Both the position numbers and the translations under genes were made by a program. From IMG/VR virus record IMGVR_UViG_3300022868_000009, positions 124,001 to 188,000 of that record: a stretch of 64,000 bases of DNA; one strand, 5' to 3'. Below, piece after piece: positions 29,603-39,460 of this stretch. The notes beneath the pieces are model-generated. The model had not been told where the DNA came from. It worked only from the letters and a program-made list of their open reading frames with translations, and searched no databases. Positions within the stretch are counted from its first letter, which is position 1. Each line of letters starts with the position of its first letter.

Positions 29603-30653
29603 ATGGCTTTTTTAATATATACAGATATGAAATATTTAAAAAAATATGAATCTTGGCAGAGTATGGTTGGCACTAAGTTAAATGTCGGTCTTAAAAAGCA
29701 TGTAGGTTTATATGATAAAGATCCAGAAACAGTAAAAGAATATTTTACAGAATTAAAAAATGATGAAAATTATAAAATACTAGACAAGAAGAGTAAAAAT
29801 GAATATTTAGAACAATATATGAAATACTTTTTGAGACATTTTAAAGAAAATTCTGAATATTCTGAATTAATAAAAGATGAAGTGTTTAAAGATATCTATC
29901 CTTCAATAATACGTAATGAAGTTGGTTACAATTACAAAAATCTAGATGAAGAAACATTGAAATACTTTATAGGATTTTCTGGTAAGAAAAATAAAGGTAT
30001 GTACTATTCACTAGAAAAATTAGCAAAAATTTTAAATACAAATCAATATAATGATGAAAGACAAAATTTTTTCATAGAACTGTATATAGATCAGTTAGTC
30101 TTATTTAAAAATGCAAATAAAAGTAAAGATTTATCTAGAATTATATACTCAAAAATATTTCAATTATTTACAGCAGGTAAAACAGGAAAAAACATGATTA
30201 AAATCACAGAAATGTTAGAAAAAAAAAGGAATTCTTACGAAAGAAATATCAAATTATGTTTTTAATTTAAATGGTAATTTGCGTTCAGATCCATTAGGAA
30301 TAACAGATTTTATCACGAGACCTGAATTTCTATCAAAGTTATCTGAATATTATGATGGTGATATAAATAATATCATAACTAAAAATATCTTACAAAGAAT
30401 CGGTTTTTATAATGCTAGTTTAAACTTCTCAAAAGGCACTTCATATGCTACTACAGGTCCTAATTACTATGATGTAGAAAAACTCGTTTCTGGTTTTTTG
30501 AAACAACCAGATTTTTCTCTAGAAGATTATATTGAAAAATTCATTGATGCTGACGAAGATAGATGGCGAAGTATAAGGAAAACGTATAAAACAGATAAAT
30601 TAAAAGAAAAATATAAATACTTTAGCGAAGCTGGTAAACTCGGATTATTTTAA
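29603..30653 (+). CDS. Probable single protein split by a frameshift in an A9 run (ORFs 29603..30265 and 30279..30653; probable start 29627)
   Basis: Skipping one A at 30219-30227 gives an open frame ...MLEKKGILTKEISNYVFNLNGNLRSDP... Confidence 0.65.
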
Positions 30654-31384
30654 GTATTTATATTATCAAGAAGTTCCTTTAAATATTTTTTCTTATTCGA
30701 TTTATATTCTTCTTCAATTATTCTAATTAATTTAATATTATTATCTAGACAATATTCATCTAACAATTTATCTAGATGAACAACCTTTTCATATTTTTCT
30801 GGTGTGCCTAATTTTTCATATAATTCTTTTGATCTATGCCAAATACCATCATATTCAATAAATAATTTCCTGTCAGAAAAAGTTATATCAACAGATTTAC
30901 TATCAATTTTATTAAATGTTATTATCCTATGTGATTTAACATTATGTTCACCATATATTTTTTTGAGATACTTTCTTATTTCACGTTCACCCTTCGAAGA
31001 ACATCTACTATTATTTGGTCCTCTTAAATTTTGAATACATTTTTCTCTATATTCTAAATCATTATTTAATTTATAAATAATTGATTTACTTATTTTATCT
31101 TTAGTTTCTTTACTATGTTCTCTCGTATTTGCACATGATCGACTACAAAAATATTTTTCTTTAATTGGAAATTTTTTAGATGGTTCTTTTACATTAAATT
31201 TAACACCACAATTATTACATATTACTTCATAATCAGTTACAACTCCTTGCTCATTTATCATTCTTTTGTGTCTGGCTTTAATAAGATTATCCTTTGAAGG
31301 TTTTTTATGTTTCCATCTTATGTGATTGGCTTTAATTTTAGCATTATCAAATTCTTCATCACAATATTCACAAGTATATTTCAT
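30650..31384 (-). CDS. Putative homing endonuclease (zinc finger plus Vsr-like domain)
   Basis: CEYC..H..H, FCSRSCAN, VDI..FIEYDGIWH. Confidence 0.75.
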   Translation of the reverse strand: MKYTCEYCDEEFDNAKIKANHIRWKHKKPSKDNLIKARHKRMINEQGVVTDYEVICNNCGVKFNVKEPSKKFPIKEKYFCSRSCANTREHSKETKDKISKSIIYKLNNDLEYREKCIQNLRGPNNSRCSSKGEREIRKYLKKIYGEHNVKSHRIITFNKIDSKSVDITFSDRKLFIEYDGIWHRSKELYEKLGTPEKYEKVVHLDKLLDEYCLDNNIKLIRIIEEEYKSNKKKYLKELLDNINT

Positions 31385-31455
31385 TTTTCATATTATTTTT
31401 AACTATATATTAAAACTACGAGGTTCAATTCAATACTATTCCAAATACATAAAAC

Positions 31456-31483
31456 AAAAAAGCCACATAATGTGGCTTTTTTT
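31456..31483 (-). terminator. Terminator downstream of tmRNA
   Basis: aaaaaagccaca-taa-tgtggctttttt. Confidence 0.8.
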
Positions 31484-31485
31484 AG

Positions 31486-32062
31486 TGGAGCATTCGGGAT
31501 TCGCTTTTTTATCCAAAAATTTCTTAATGGCGTGGACTATATCATCAACCTAATTAGGTTGCCGGGCGCTCTAGGATGTATGTCATCTAGTCTCTGAACC
31601 TTCCATTTCTAAATTAATAGCTTGGCTGCTGATTGCCGTATCTTTTTTTAAAAGACTTAGGGTTCCAGCAATTCACCCAGTTTTTTCATTATATGTTACC
31701 ATATAAGGGGTCCGAATTTAAACCCGAGTTCACAACAAGTTCCAGTTCGCTTTCTACAGATATATTTTATTTTTTCACAAACAAACAAAATATTCAATCT
31801 TTTTTATTTCAGGAAAATTGAAAAATCCCTATTCTATTTTATTTAAATACGATTAGACGTGTCGTACTTGTTGATTTGTCTAGGCAACCACTTCCAGAGC
31901 AGATTCAACAACTGCTTCTTGTGAAGTTACAATATCAAAGATATCATCGGCTATTTCTATATTGCCATTTAAAATTGTTTATCTCCGTATTTTACTTGAA
32001 CTGAGATTTGACAAGATCTGCTTACTAACCTTCATCGAGAGTGTCTAAAGCCTGTATGCCCC
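31486..32062 (-). ncRNA. ssrA: tmRNA interrupted by a group I intron
   Basis: GGGGCAT/ATGCTCC-A acceptor stem with G3:U; T-arm TCGGG-TT^CGAAT-CCCGA after splicing; tag ORF GNIEIADDIFDIVTSQEAVVESALEVVA*. Confidence 0.9.
31504..31720 (-). mobile_element. ORF-less group I intron (217 nt) in the tmRNA T-loop
   Basis: P (AATTGCTGGAA), Q (AATCAGCAG), R (GTTCAGAGACTA), S (GATATAGTCC); internal guide ATTCG-GACCC; terminal G. Confidence 0.9.
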
Positions 32063-32069
32063 ATATTTT

Positions 32070-32222
32070 TTAAGAACGTTGTCTACCTTGACCTCTACCT
32101 ACACCTCTACCATTTCTTTGTCCATTATTAGAATTATTTTCTTCTGATGGTTTACATTTACCTAAACCTCTTCCTGTTCTAGGTCCGTTTTCATTTGGGC
32201 CTTTTCCATTTTGATTTGCCAT
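32070..32222 (-). CDS. Small Gly/Arg-rich DUF5320-like protein (absent from ORF track)
   Basis: MANQNGKGPNENGPRTGRGLGKCKP...GRGVGRGQGRQRS; preceded by TAATATATA. Confidence 0.65.
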   Translation of the reverse strand: MANQNGKGPNENGPRTGRGLGKCKPSEENNSNNGQRNGRGVGRGQGRQRS

Positions 32223-32278
32223 ATTTACTTTTTTATTTTATATATTATTCTATTTATACTGAATTTTTCTAAAAAAGT

Positions 32279-32671
32279 TTATTCTTTATCTAAAAGTGGT
32301 ATAATTTGATCTTGTATTTCTTCTTGTGTAATACCAGGATATTTTTCTAAAATATTATTATATAATGTAGTACTCTCTTCTTTTAAAGATTCAATTTTTT
32401 CAAAATTAGGTTGTAATTCTTTTTGTGTCTGTAACATAACTCTTTCAATATCATTCAACTTAGAATTTAACTCTTTTTGAAATGGTTCATCAGTTTCAAC
32501 TATACCATTATAATCTTTAACCATCCCCTCTAACAGAGAATAAATATTATTTATTTCTCCTTTATATTGATTTAGAATTTTTTCTTTTTCTTTTATTTTT
32601 TCTAATTCAATAAAATACTCTTTTCGTATCCTAATAGCAGAATAAATATATTGTTTATTAATTTTCGACAT
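32279..32671 (-). CDS. Hypothetical coiled-coil protein
   Basis: ORF. Confidence 0.6.
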   Translation of the reverse strand: MSKINKQYIYSAIRIRKEYFIELEKIKEKEKILNQYKGEINNIYSLLEGMVKDYNGIVETDEPFQKELNSKLNDIERVMLQTQKELQPNFEKIESLKEESTTLYNNILEKYPGITQEEIQDQIIPLLDKE

Positions 32672-34046
32672 GCGCTTTATAACCTTTTTTCTTTGCTGTT
32701 TCTGGTAAACAATCTATAACTTTACCTTTTTCATTTACAAATTTATATTGTTGTTTACCTGTTTTAGTTATTTTACCTGGTATCAACTTTTTTTCTTGTG
32801 TAACAATAATAGATTCTGTTTTAACAAGATTATTATTTTCTTTAACTGATTCAATAACTTCTTCAATTTCTTCATCTTTTTTAGAATTATCAATCATTTC
32901 ATCAAACAATTCTTTATGTTCACCATAAACCTCTGACTTAATTTTATTATAGATTTTCTTTTTCAATCCTGGTATATCTCCTAACAAATCTTTTAACATT
33001 TGTTGAGCATAATAATCAATAACATCACCTTTTAGATTCTTTGCAAACATTCTAATAAATGCTGGTTCGGCTATTTTTTCTTTTATACTTATATCAATAG
33101 AAATATTATATACTTTTTCCAACATATCAAACATACTATTAGCCATATTATTTACAGCATTATTTTGTATAGGTTGTTCTATTGTTTGTTCAACTGGTTG
33201 TTTCATAACATCTGTATTAATTTTATTAAGAACTTCATCAGTATTAACAATAGGAGCTTCAATTGCTTTTTGAGCCTGCCATTCCATCACTCTTTGTGAG
33301 TATGGATCACCTTGACCTGCATCAATTTGTTGTTTTCTTATAAGTTCTTCTCTTGGTGTTAACCCAGTTTCAGGATTAACTTTAGATTTAGGTTTTTGTG
33401 GAACATTTTGTTTAATTTGTAAAACTACATTTGGATCATCTTCATCCACTTGTTTAAATTTAGACAAATCTTCTTCATTCAATCTAGTTGTCATTTTTAG
33501 TTCGCCTCTTTGTTCTGCTGTAGTATTCCACTCTCTCCTTACTAAATCAGCCCTTTGTTCAAGTGATAATCCATCTTCTTGTTTAACATTATTCTCATTC
33601 ATTTTAACCTCTGTTTTCATACTTTCAGGAACATCAGCAACTTTTGTTGTATCTACATTTTTAAGTTGATTTGAAACTTCCATTATAGAATTATTATTAC
33701 CATATAAAAAATCTATAGCATCTACTACTTCTATATTTTGAGGTGGTAATTGCCCAGTATTTTGTAAAAATTTTGTACTTTCTTGTATTTTCTTTTTGTT
33801 ATTAGCAATATCAGCTTGCATTTTTTGTTCTGGTGTCATAGGTTTTTCAACTTTTATTTGTGTCTTTTGATTCATAAAAGATTCAGGGTCGACAGTTTCT
33901 AAATAATCATAATACGGAGTAAACATATTAACAAACAAATCTCTTTTTATTTGTACTCCATTACTCAATTCAATAAACATATCATTAGTATTATCAACTA
34001 TATGTACTATTTCTTTAGTCTTATTATTTTTAAACTTCTCTGTCAT
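32658..34046 (-). CDS. Hypothetical protein
   Basis: Long ORF with low-complexity Q/N/P region. Confidence 0.65.
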   Translation of the reverse strand: MTEKFKNNKTKEIVHIVDNTNDMFIELSNGVQIKRDLFVNMFTPYYDYLETVDPESFMNQKTQIKVEKPMTPEQKMQADIANNKKKIQESTKFLQNTGQLPPQNIEVVDAIDFLYGNNNSIMEVSNQLKNVDTTKVADVPESMKTEVKMNENNVKQEDGLSLEQRADLVRREWNTTAEQRGELKMTTRLNEEDLSKFKQVDEDDPNVVLQIKQNVPQKPKSKVNPETGLTPREELIRKQQIDAGQGDPYSQRVMEWQAQKAIEAPIVNTDEVLNKINTDVMKQPVEQTIEQPIQNNAVNNMANSMFDMLEKVYNISIDISIKEKIAEPAFIRMFAKNLKGDVIDYYAQQMLKDLLGDIPGLKKKIYNKIKSEVYGEHKELFDEMIDNSKKDEEIEEVIESVKENNNLVKTESIIVTQEKKLIPGKITKTGKQQYKFVNEKGKVIDCLPETAKKKGYKAHVEN

Positions 34047-34183
34047 TTTATATTTTATATTTTTTTGTTATACTTTATATTTGATTTTTAGTTTTTAAAA
34101 TTCTTTAATTTTATATATAGATGATAATGAAACTCAAATTAAATTAAATTTTAAACCGATTTTAAATTAAAATATATATCATT

Positions 34184-34663
34184 ATGAGATACAAATCATT
34201 AACATATAAAGGTGAAACCTATACAGAACAATACAAAATAGACGATATATTAATATCAGAAAATTTTAGTTGGATTTTAGATGCTGAAATTGAAAATGCA
34301 GACATTGAAATATCTAAAGAAACATTAATTTGGAACAATGGATTATGGTATAATGGTGCTTGGACTTATGGTGTTTTTAGAAATGGTGAATGGAGATATG
34401 GTGTTTGGAAAGGTGGTGTTTGGTATAACGGCACATGGAAAAATGGAAGATTTGAATCTGGTATAATTTTTGGTGGTAAATTTATAAATGGTATTATATT
34501 AGGACAAGAAATAAGGGGTGGTGAATTTATAAATGTTGATATTTCTGACCAAGTAAAACGAAGTGATATTGGTGATTCCAATAATGATAATATACCTGCT
34601 CAAGGTGAGTCAATTTTAGAAAATGTCCTAAGTTTTAAACTATTTATTAATCTTAAAAATTAG
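34184..34663 (+). CDS. GxWxx pentapeptide-repeat protein
   Basis: WNNGLWYNGAWTYGVFRNGEWRYGVWKGGVWYNGTWKNGRF. Confidence 0.7.
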   Translation: MRYKSLTYKGETYTEQYKIDDILISENFSWILDAEIENADIEISKETLIWNNGLWYNGAWTYGVFRNGEWRYGVWKGGVWYNGTWKNGRFESGIIFGGKFINGIILGQEIRGGEFINVDISDQVKRSDIGDSNNDNIPAQGESILENVLSFKLFINLKN

Positions 34664-34681
34664 TCATTTAATATCCTTCTA

Positions 34682-34775
34682 GGGACATCCTTCGCTTAGT
34701 TCCCGTTCAAGACCTTAAATAGGTAGATGATTGGAGGAAGGTGGGTTACTGAATGTTCGAGTCATTCGTGTCTAA
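34682..34775 (+). ncRNA. Candidate tRNA-like ncRNA
   Basis: Perfect T-arm GAATG-TTCGAGT-CATTC, acceptor-like GGACAT/GTGTCT, CCTTC/GAAGG stem; locally GC-rich. Confidence 0.4.
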
Positions 34776-35043
34776 TCTTTTCATTAAATCCTTAATTAAT
34801 TTTTCAATTATTTTAATAGAATTTTGTAAATAAATACATTCAACACATCTTTTCGACATACCATGACTGGTCATGAGATCTGTTCTAATACTTTCTAAAA
34901 GTTTTTTACTATTATTTAATTTACTAATTATTTCAGTTTTTTCCATAATTGAATATAACCATTAATATCTAAAATAAAAAATAAACAAAATTTTTATTTA
35001 AACATATAAAATGATGTAAAACTAAAAAACAATAAACAAAAAA

Positions 35044-36111
35044 TTGATTAGTTACTTCGGAGGAAAAGCAAAAATGGGTGAGTGGATATATCCATTTATT
35101 CCAAAAAACATTAAAACATACGTAGAACCTTTTTCAGGTGCTTTTTGGATTTATTTTAATACAAAAAATGATTTCACACATTGTGATAAAGTTGTATATA
35201 ACGATATTAACAAATATATGTTAAATCTTATGTATTGTGCTAAAGATCATCAAAAATTACTTGCAAAAATTGAAAGTGAGTTAAAACCAGGTGGATTTTT
35301 ATACAATCCACACAAATTTAAAACACCAGAATATAAACAAGTTTATAAAGATTTGTATTATGAATATAAACATTGTAGAGATAAAAATAAATTCTTAGAA
35401 GATCCTATTTTTGAAATAGGTGACTATGATGCAGCAGTTAAATATGCATTTTTAATAACTTCAGCGTTTAATGGTTGTTTTCCTAAAGCTGCAGGTTTTT
35501 CAGGTATTGCAACCAATGGAAAATATAAATTACAAACATTTATTAATAAACTAAATAAAAAAGCAATTCAAGAAAAACTTGAAAGTATCACAGACTTTGA
35601 ATTATTTGATTTTGAAGATTTAATTAAAAAATATGATAGTGAAGAAACTTACTTCTATTTAGATCCACCTTATTTCGATCCAAAAGGTAAAAGACTTGAT
35701 TGGTATGGTGTTAAAGATGATAGTATGTTTGGTGTTGGTGGTCATGAAAGATTAGCTAATTTATTACAAAATACTAAAGCAAAATGGTCTCTATCTTACT
35801 ATAATTATCCACAATTAGAAAAATGGTATCCAAATACAAAATACAATTGGGAATCTAAAGATTTCTTTAGAAGTTCTGCTTCTTTTTCAGACAACAAAGA
35901 TGTGAAAGGAACTGAAATATTGATAATGAATTATAACTTTGAAGAGGAAGAGTATAAAAATAAGATGAAAAAATCTATACCTACAATAAAAGAAAAATTT
36001 AAAGATTGTACTGAAGAAGAATTTCCAAATAGAGAAAACGATAAAATATTACTCAACAAATTAAAAGATATTGGTGATAAAATGAACGAAAACGATGACT
36101 TCTGGAACTAA
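35044..36111 (+). CDS. Dam-like (D12 class) N6-adenine DNA methyltransferase
   Basis: YFGGK, YVEPFSGA, VYNDIN, YLDPPY. Confidence 0.9.
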   Translation: MISYFGGKAKMGEWIYPFIPKNIKTYVEPFSGAFWIYFNTKNDFTHCDKVVYNDINKYMLNLMYCAKDHQKLLAKIESELKPGGFLYNPHKFKTPEYKQVYKDLYYEYKHCRDKNKFLEDPIFEIGDYDAAVKYAFLITSAFNGCFPKAAGFSGIATNGKYKLQTFINKLNKKAIQEKLESITDFELFDFEDLIKKYDSEETYFYLDPPYFDPKGKRLDWYGVKDDSMFGVGGHERLANLLQNTKAKWSLSYYNYPQLEKWYPNTKYNWESKDFFRSSASFSDNKDVKGTEILIMNYNFEEEEYKNKMKKSIPTIKEKFKDCTEEEFPNRENDKILLNKLKDIGDKMNENDDFWN

Positions 36112-36535
36112 TATTTATAAATCAGCTGGTTTAGCTTTAATTAAAGATAATAAATTATTATTAGGACATCCCGCTAATAGTAAAAGACAAAATTTTTATA
36201 GCATTCCAAAAGGACAAATACACGAAGGAGAATCTAAAATTGATGCTGCAATTCGTGAAACTAAAGAAGAAATCGGAATAGATATACCAATATCTATGAT
36301 AAATACTGAACCAGAATATAAAATAGAATATAAAAATAAAAAAGGCGAACATTATAAAACAGTATATTATTATATTGTATATTTACCAAATAATTTTATA
36401 AGTGATATTATATCCATAGAACAATTACAACCAGAAGAAATAGATTATGCTGAATTCTTAACACATAAAGAAGCAGAATCTAAAATATTCTGGAGATTTA
36501 AACCAATTTTAAAACATATTGAAAATGAAATTTGA
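36095..36535 (+). CDS. Nudix hydrolase
   Basis: PKGQIHEGESKIDAAIRETKEEIG. Confidence 0.9.
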   Translation: MTSGTNIYKSAGLALIKDNKLLLGHPANSKRQNFYSIPKGQIHEGESKIDAAIRETKEEIGIDIPISMINTEPEYKIEYKNKKGEHYKTVYYYIVYLPNNFISDIISIEQLQPEEIDYAEFLTHKEAESKIFWRFKPILKHIENEI

Positions 36536-36757
36536 TTTCATTCTTCGATAAATGCAATGTCTGCATTATGTGAAAAAACTCTTTTTCTAAATTTTATTAC
36601 GAAAAAAGAGATAAAGTTTATAAAACACAAAAATTACCTATAACATCAAAATTATCAAAATTTACCACATTTGATTTAAATTCAATATTAGAAAGATCTA
36701 AGGAAATTTCTAAATATGGTATTAAAGAATGGTTAATTGGTGATCAACTTGATAACA

Positions 36758-37681
36758 TCATATTATAAAGAATGATTCTAATATTTGTATAACATTTTCA
36801 TCATAACGTATTCTTATCAAATCGATATTGTTTTCTTTACAATATCGATTTTTTATTTCGTCATTGTTTTGTGTTTCTTTTAATTTTTTCCAAATTTTAT
36901 TTTCTCTAAAATGTTGTTCACCATCATATTCAATACACAAATTATGTTTTGGTAAATAAAAATCAAAAGGTAATGGTAACTTATTTCTACAATCTTTAAA
37001 TCTAAATTGAATTTCAAAGTCAATATTTCTATCTGATAGATAATTTCTTATTTGTGTTTCACCATGAGACATTCTACATATTGGACAACCTTTACCAGAT
37101 AGGTGGTTGTTCGGTGTTTGATTAAATGTACCATGTTTATCACATATAATTTCAACTTTTGAAATTGCATTTACATATTTAACATCACAATAATCATACA
37201 TATCACCGTGTTTTAATTTTGATTTTTTAATAAATTCTTTCGTATTAGATCTATATGTACCATCACACTTTGGACATCCAGAAACATAATGAGATCTTGG
37301 TTCTTGTTCAAAAACACCGTGTTCTGGACACACAATTTTAACCTTGGTTTTATTATTTTCATATTCAACTAAATCATAAATATATTTATCACCGTGTTTT
37401 AATTTTGATTTTCTAATAAAATCATCGTTTTTAAGAGAAAACAATTCGTTTTTATGTTCTGATGAACATTTTGTACAACCACCACCTCTCATATGGACAT
37501 CTGGTCTTTGTTTAAAAATTCCATGTTTATTGCAAATGATATTAACACATAAACTATTTTTAATATAATTCACTAAAGAATAATCATATCTAAGTCCATG
37601 TTTTTTGATAGATTTTTCAACAAAAATCATAGTATTATACTTTACAGGCATATTTTTAATAATTTTTAAGTAATGATTCAA
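36758..37681 (-). CDS. Putative homing endonuclease (three zinc repeats plus Vsr-like domain)
   Basis: Three KHGxxYDY..ICxxHGxFxQxP..H..GCxxC repeats; PFDFYLP..IEYDGEQH. Confidence 0.8.
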   Translation of the reverse strand: MNHYLKIIKNMPVKYNTMIFVEKSIKKHGLRYDYSLVNYIKNSLCVNIICNKHGIFKQRPDVHMRGGGCTKCSSEHKNELFSLKNDDFIRKSKLKHGDKYIYDLVEYENNKTKVKIVCPEHGVFEQEPRSHYVSGCPKCDGTYRSNTKEFIKKSKLKHGDMYDYCDVKYVNAISKVEIICDKHGTFNQTPNNHLSGKGCPICRMSHGETQIRNYLSDRNIDFEIQFRFKDCRNKLPLPFDFYLPKHNLCIEYDGEQHFRENKIWKKLKETQNNDEIKNRYCKENNIDLIRIRYDENVIQILESFFII

Positions 37682-37718
37682 ACATTATCTAATATATTTT
37701 ATATATAAAAGTAAAAAT

Positions 37719-38822
37719 ATGAAATTTGATTTTGACGACATTTTAATACAACCATCTACAATAACTGACATAGTAAGTAGAGATAATATTCCCGTATATG
37801 ATGAAAATGGTATGTTACCATTATTCACAGCACCAATGGACACGGTAGTGAATTTAACAAATTATAAAATATTTTTAGAAAATGGTATACGTGTTGTTTT
37901 ACCAAGGACAATAAATGATATTTATGATTTGCCTTATGATGAAAATTCAGAATATTTATGGTTTTCTTATGGTTTAAATGATATTGATAATTTATTTTTA
38001 TCTGATATAACTGGCACGAAAGTTGATTCAAGATCATATCTTATCCAAGATTATTTGAAAAATAATAGATTATTTATTTTAATTGACATAGCTAATGCTC
38101 ATATGACCAAATTACACAACCAAATCAAATCATTAAAAGATAAATATAATGATATGTTAGAAATAATGGTTGGTAATATAGCAAATCCAGAAACTTACAA
38201 AATATTATCTGATTTAGGTGTCTGGGGAGTTAGATGTACTATAGGAAACGGTTCAGGTTGCCTTACAACAGAAAAACTAGGTTTAGGTTACCCATCAGCA
38301 TCTTTAATAAATGAATGTTATGACATATCACTAACATTAAATAAACCGGCTAATATTATAATGGATGGTGGTTTAAAAGAAGATCGAGATTTTATTAAAA
38401 GTTTTGCACTAGGTGCAGATTTCTGTATGAGTGGTGGAGTCTTCAACAAAGCATTAGAAAGTTGTGCTGATACATACACACAAAATGTTAAACATGACTG
38501 GGGAACAGAACCTGGATCTTTAATTGATCAATATCATGAAGATACAGTTAAAATGTTTAAAAATGGTACAAAATTCTTTAAAAAATTTAGAGGAATGAGT
38601 ACTAAAGAAGTTCAAAAATCTTTAGGAAATAAAGTATTGAAAACATCCGAGGGTATAACTAAAATGAACCCTGTAGAATATACATTAGAAGGCTGGGTAG
38701 ATAACTTTAAACATTATTTAAGTTCTGCTATGTCATATACAAATAGTAATAATTTACAAGAATTTAAAGGTGTTAAATATAACATGATTACTCAAAACTC
38801 ATTTAAAAGATATAATAAATAA
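37719..38822 (+). CDS. IMP dehydrogenase / GMP reductase family protein
   Basis: FDDILIQP, APMDTV, IDIANAH, VGNIA, GNGSGCLT (catalytic Cys), DGG, FRGMS. Confidence 0.9.
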   Translation: MKFDFDDILIQPSTITDIVSRDNIPVYDENGMLPLFTAPMDTVVNLTNYKIFLENGIRVVLPRTINDIYDLPYDENSEYLWFSYGLNDIDNLFLSDITGTKVDSRSYLIQDYLKNNRLFILIDIANAHMTKLHNQIKSLKDKYNDMLEIMVGNIANPETYKILSDLGVWGVRCTIGNGSGCLTTEKLGLGYPSASLINECYDISLTLNKPANIIMDGGLKEDRDFIKSFALGADFCMSGGVFNKALESCADTYTQNVKHDWGTEPGSLIDQYHEDTVKMFKNGTKFFKKFRGMSTKEVQKSLGNKVLKTSEGITKMNPVEYTLEGWVDNFKHYLSSAMSYTNSNNLQEFKGVKYNMITQNSFKRYNK

Positions 38823-38936
38823 TATGATTAAACCAGGTGATATAGTAACGAAGTAAAAAATGGAAATTTTAAAGAATTTTTTATTTAATAGTATTTTATT
38901 AAATTTATAAGAATTTTTATCGAAAAACAGAGAAAC

Positions 38937-39446
38937 ATGAAAAACAGAGAAATCGAAAGAAAATGGTTAATAAATAAAAAAGATTTACCAGAACTAACAA
39001 AAATGCCTTATATTAATATAACACAAGGTTATATGAAAAGTGATGGTGAGCTTACAATAAGATTGAGACAATCTCTTTATATGAGATATTCAAATGATTT
39101 AATTGGTGAAGAATATACAATGACAATAAAAGGCGCTGGACTAAAAGATAGAGAAGAAAGAGAATCTGTTATTTGGAAGCCTCAATTTTCTACATTTTGG
39201 CCACTATGTCGAGAATACACAATACACAAACATAGATATGAATATACTGGCGTAAATAATAATATAATACAAATAGACATATTTAAAAATGAATTTAAAG
39301 ATCTTTATATGTTAGAAATAGAATTCAACACATTAAAAGAATGTGATGAATATGTATCAGAAGATTGGTTTGGTAAAGAAGTAACAGAAGACTTCAAATA
39401 TTCAAACTTTTATATGGCAGTAAACAAAAAACCTATTTTAATATAA
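38937..39446 (+). CDS. CYTH-domain triphosphatase
   Basis: EIERKW, QGY, KHRY, EIEF, WFGKEVTED..YSN. Confidence 0.88.
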   Translation: MKNREIERKWLINKKDLPELTKMPYINITQGYMKSDGELTIRLRQSLYMRYSNDLIGEEYTMTIKGAGLKDREERESVIWKPQFSTFWPLCREYTIHKHRYEYTGVNNNIIQIDIFKNEFKDLYMLEIEFNTLKECDEYVSEDWFGKEVTEDFKYSNFYMAVNKKPILI

Positions 39447-39460
39447 TTAATATACTTTTT

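Noticed and set aside
31326-31821. ORFs 31326..31553 and 31633..31821
   Set aside because: They lie antisense to the tmRNA and intron, which explain the sequence.
32063-32082. boxA-like GTTCTT upstream of tmRNA
   Set aside because: It falls inside the end of the small coding ORF and is too short to support. A similar GTTCTTTGA at 41926-41934 before the tRNA array is suggestive only.
36526-36757. Short MKFDF start duplicating the IMPDH/GMPR N-terminus
   Set aside because: Only about 14 nt match in AT-rich DNA and the frame stops after 8 codons; cannot distinguish a remnant from chance.
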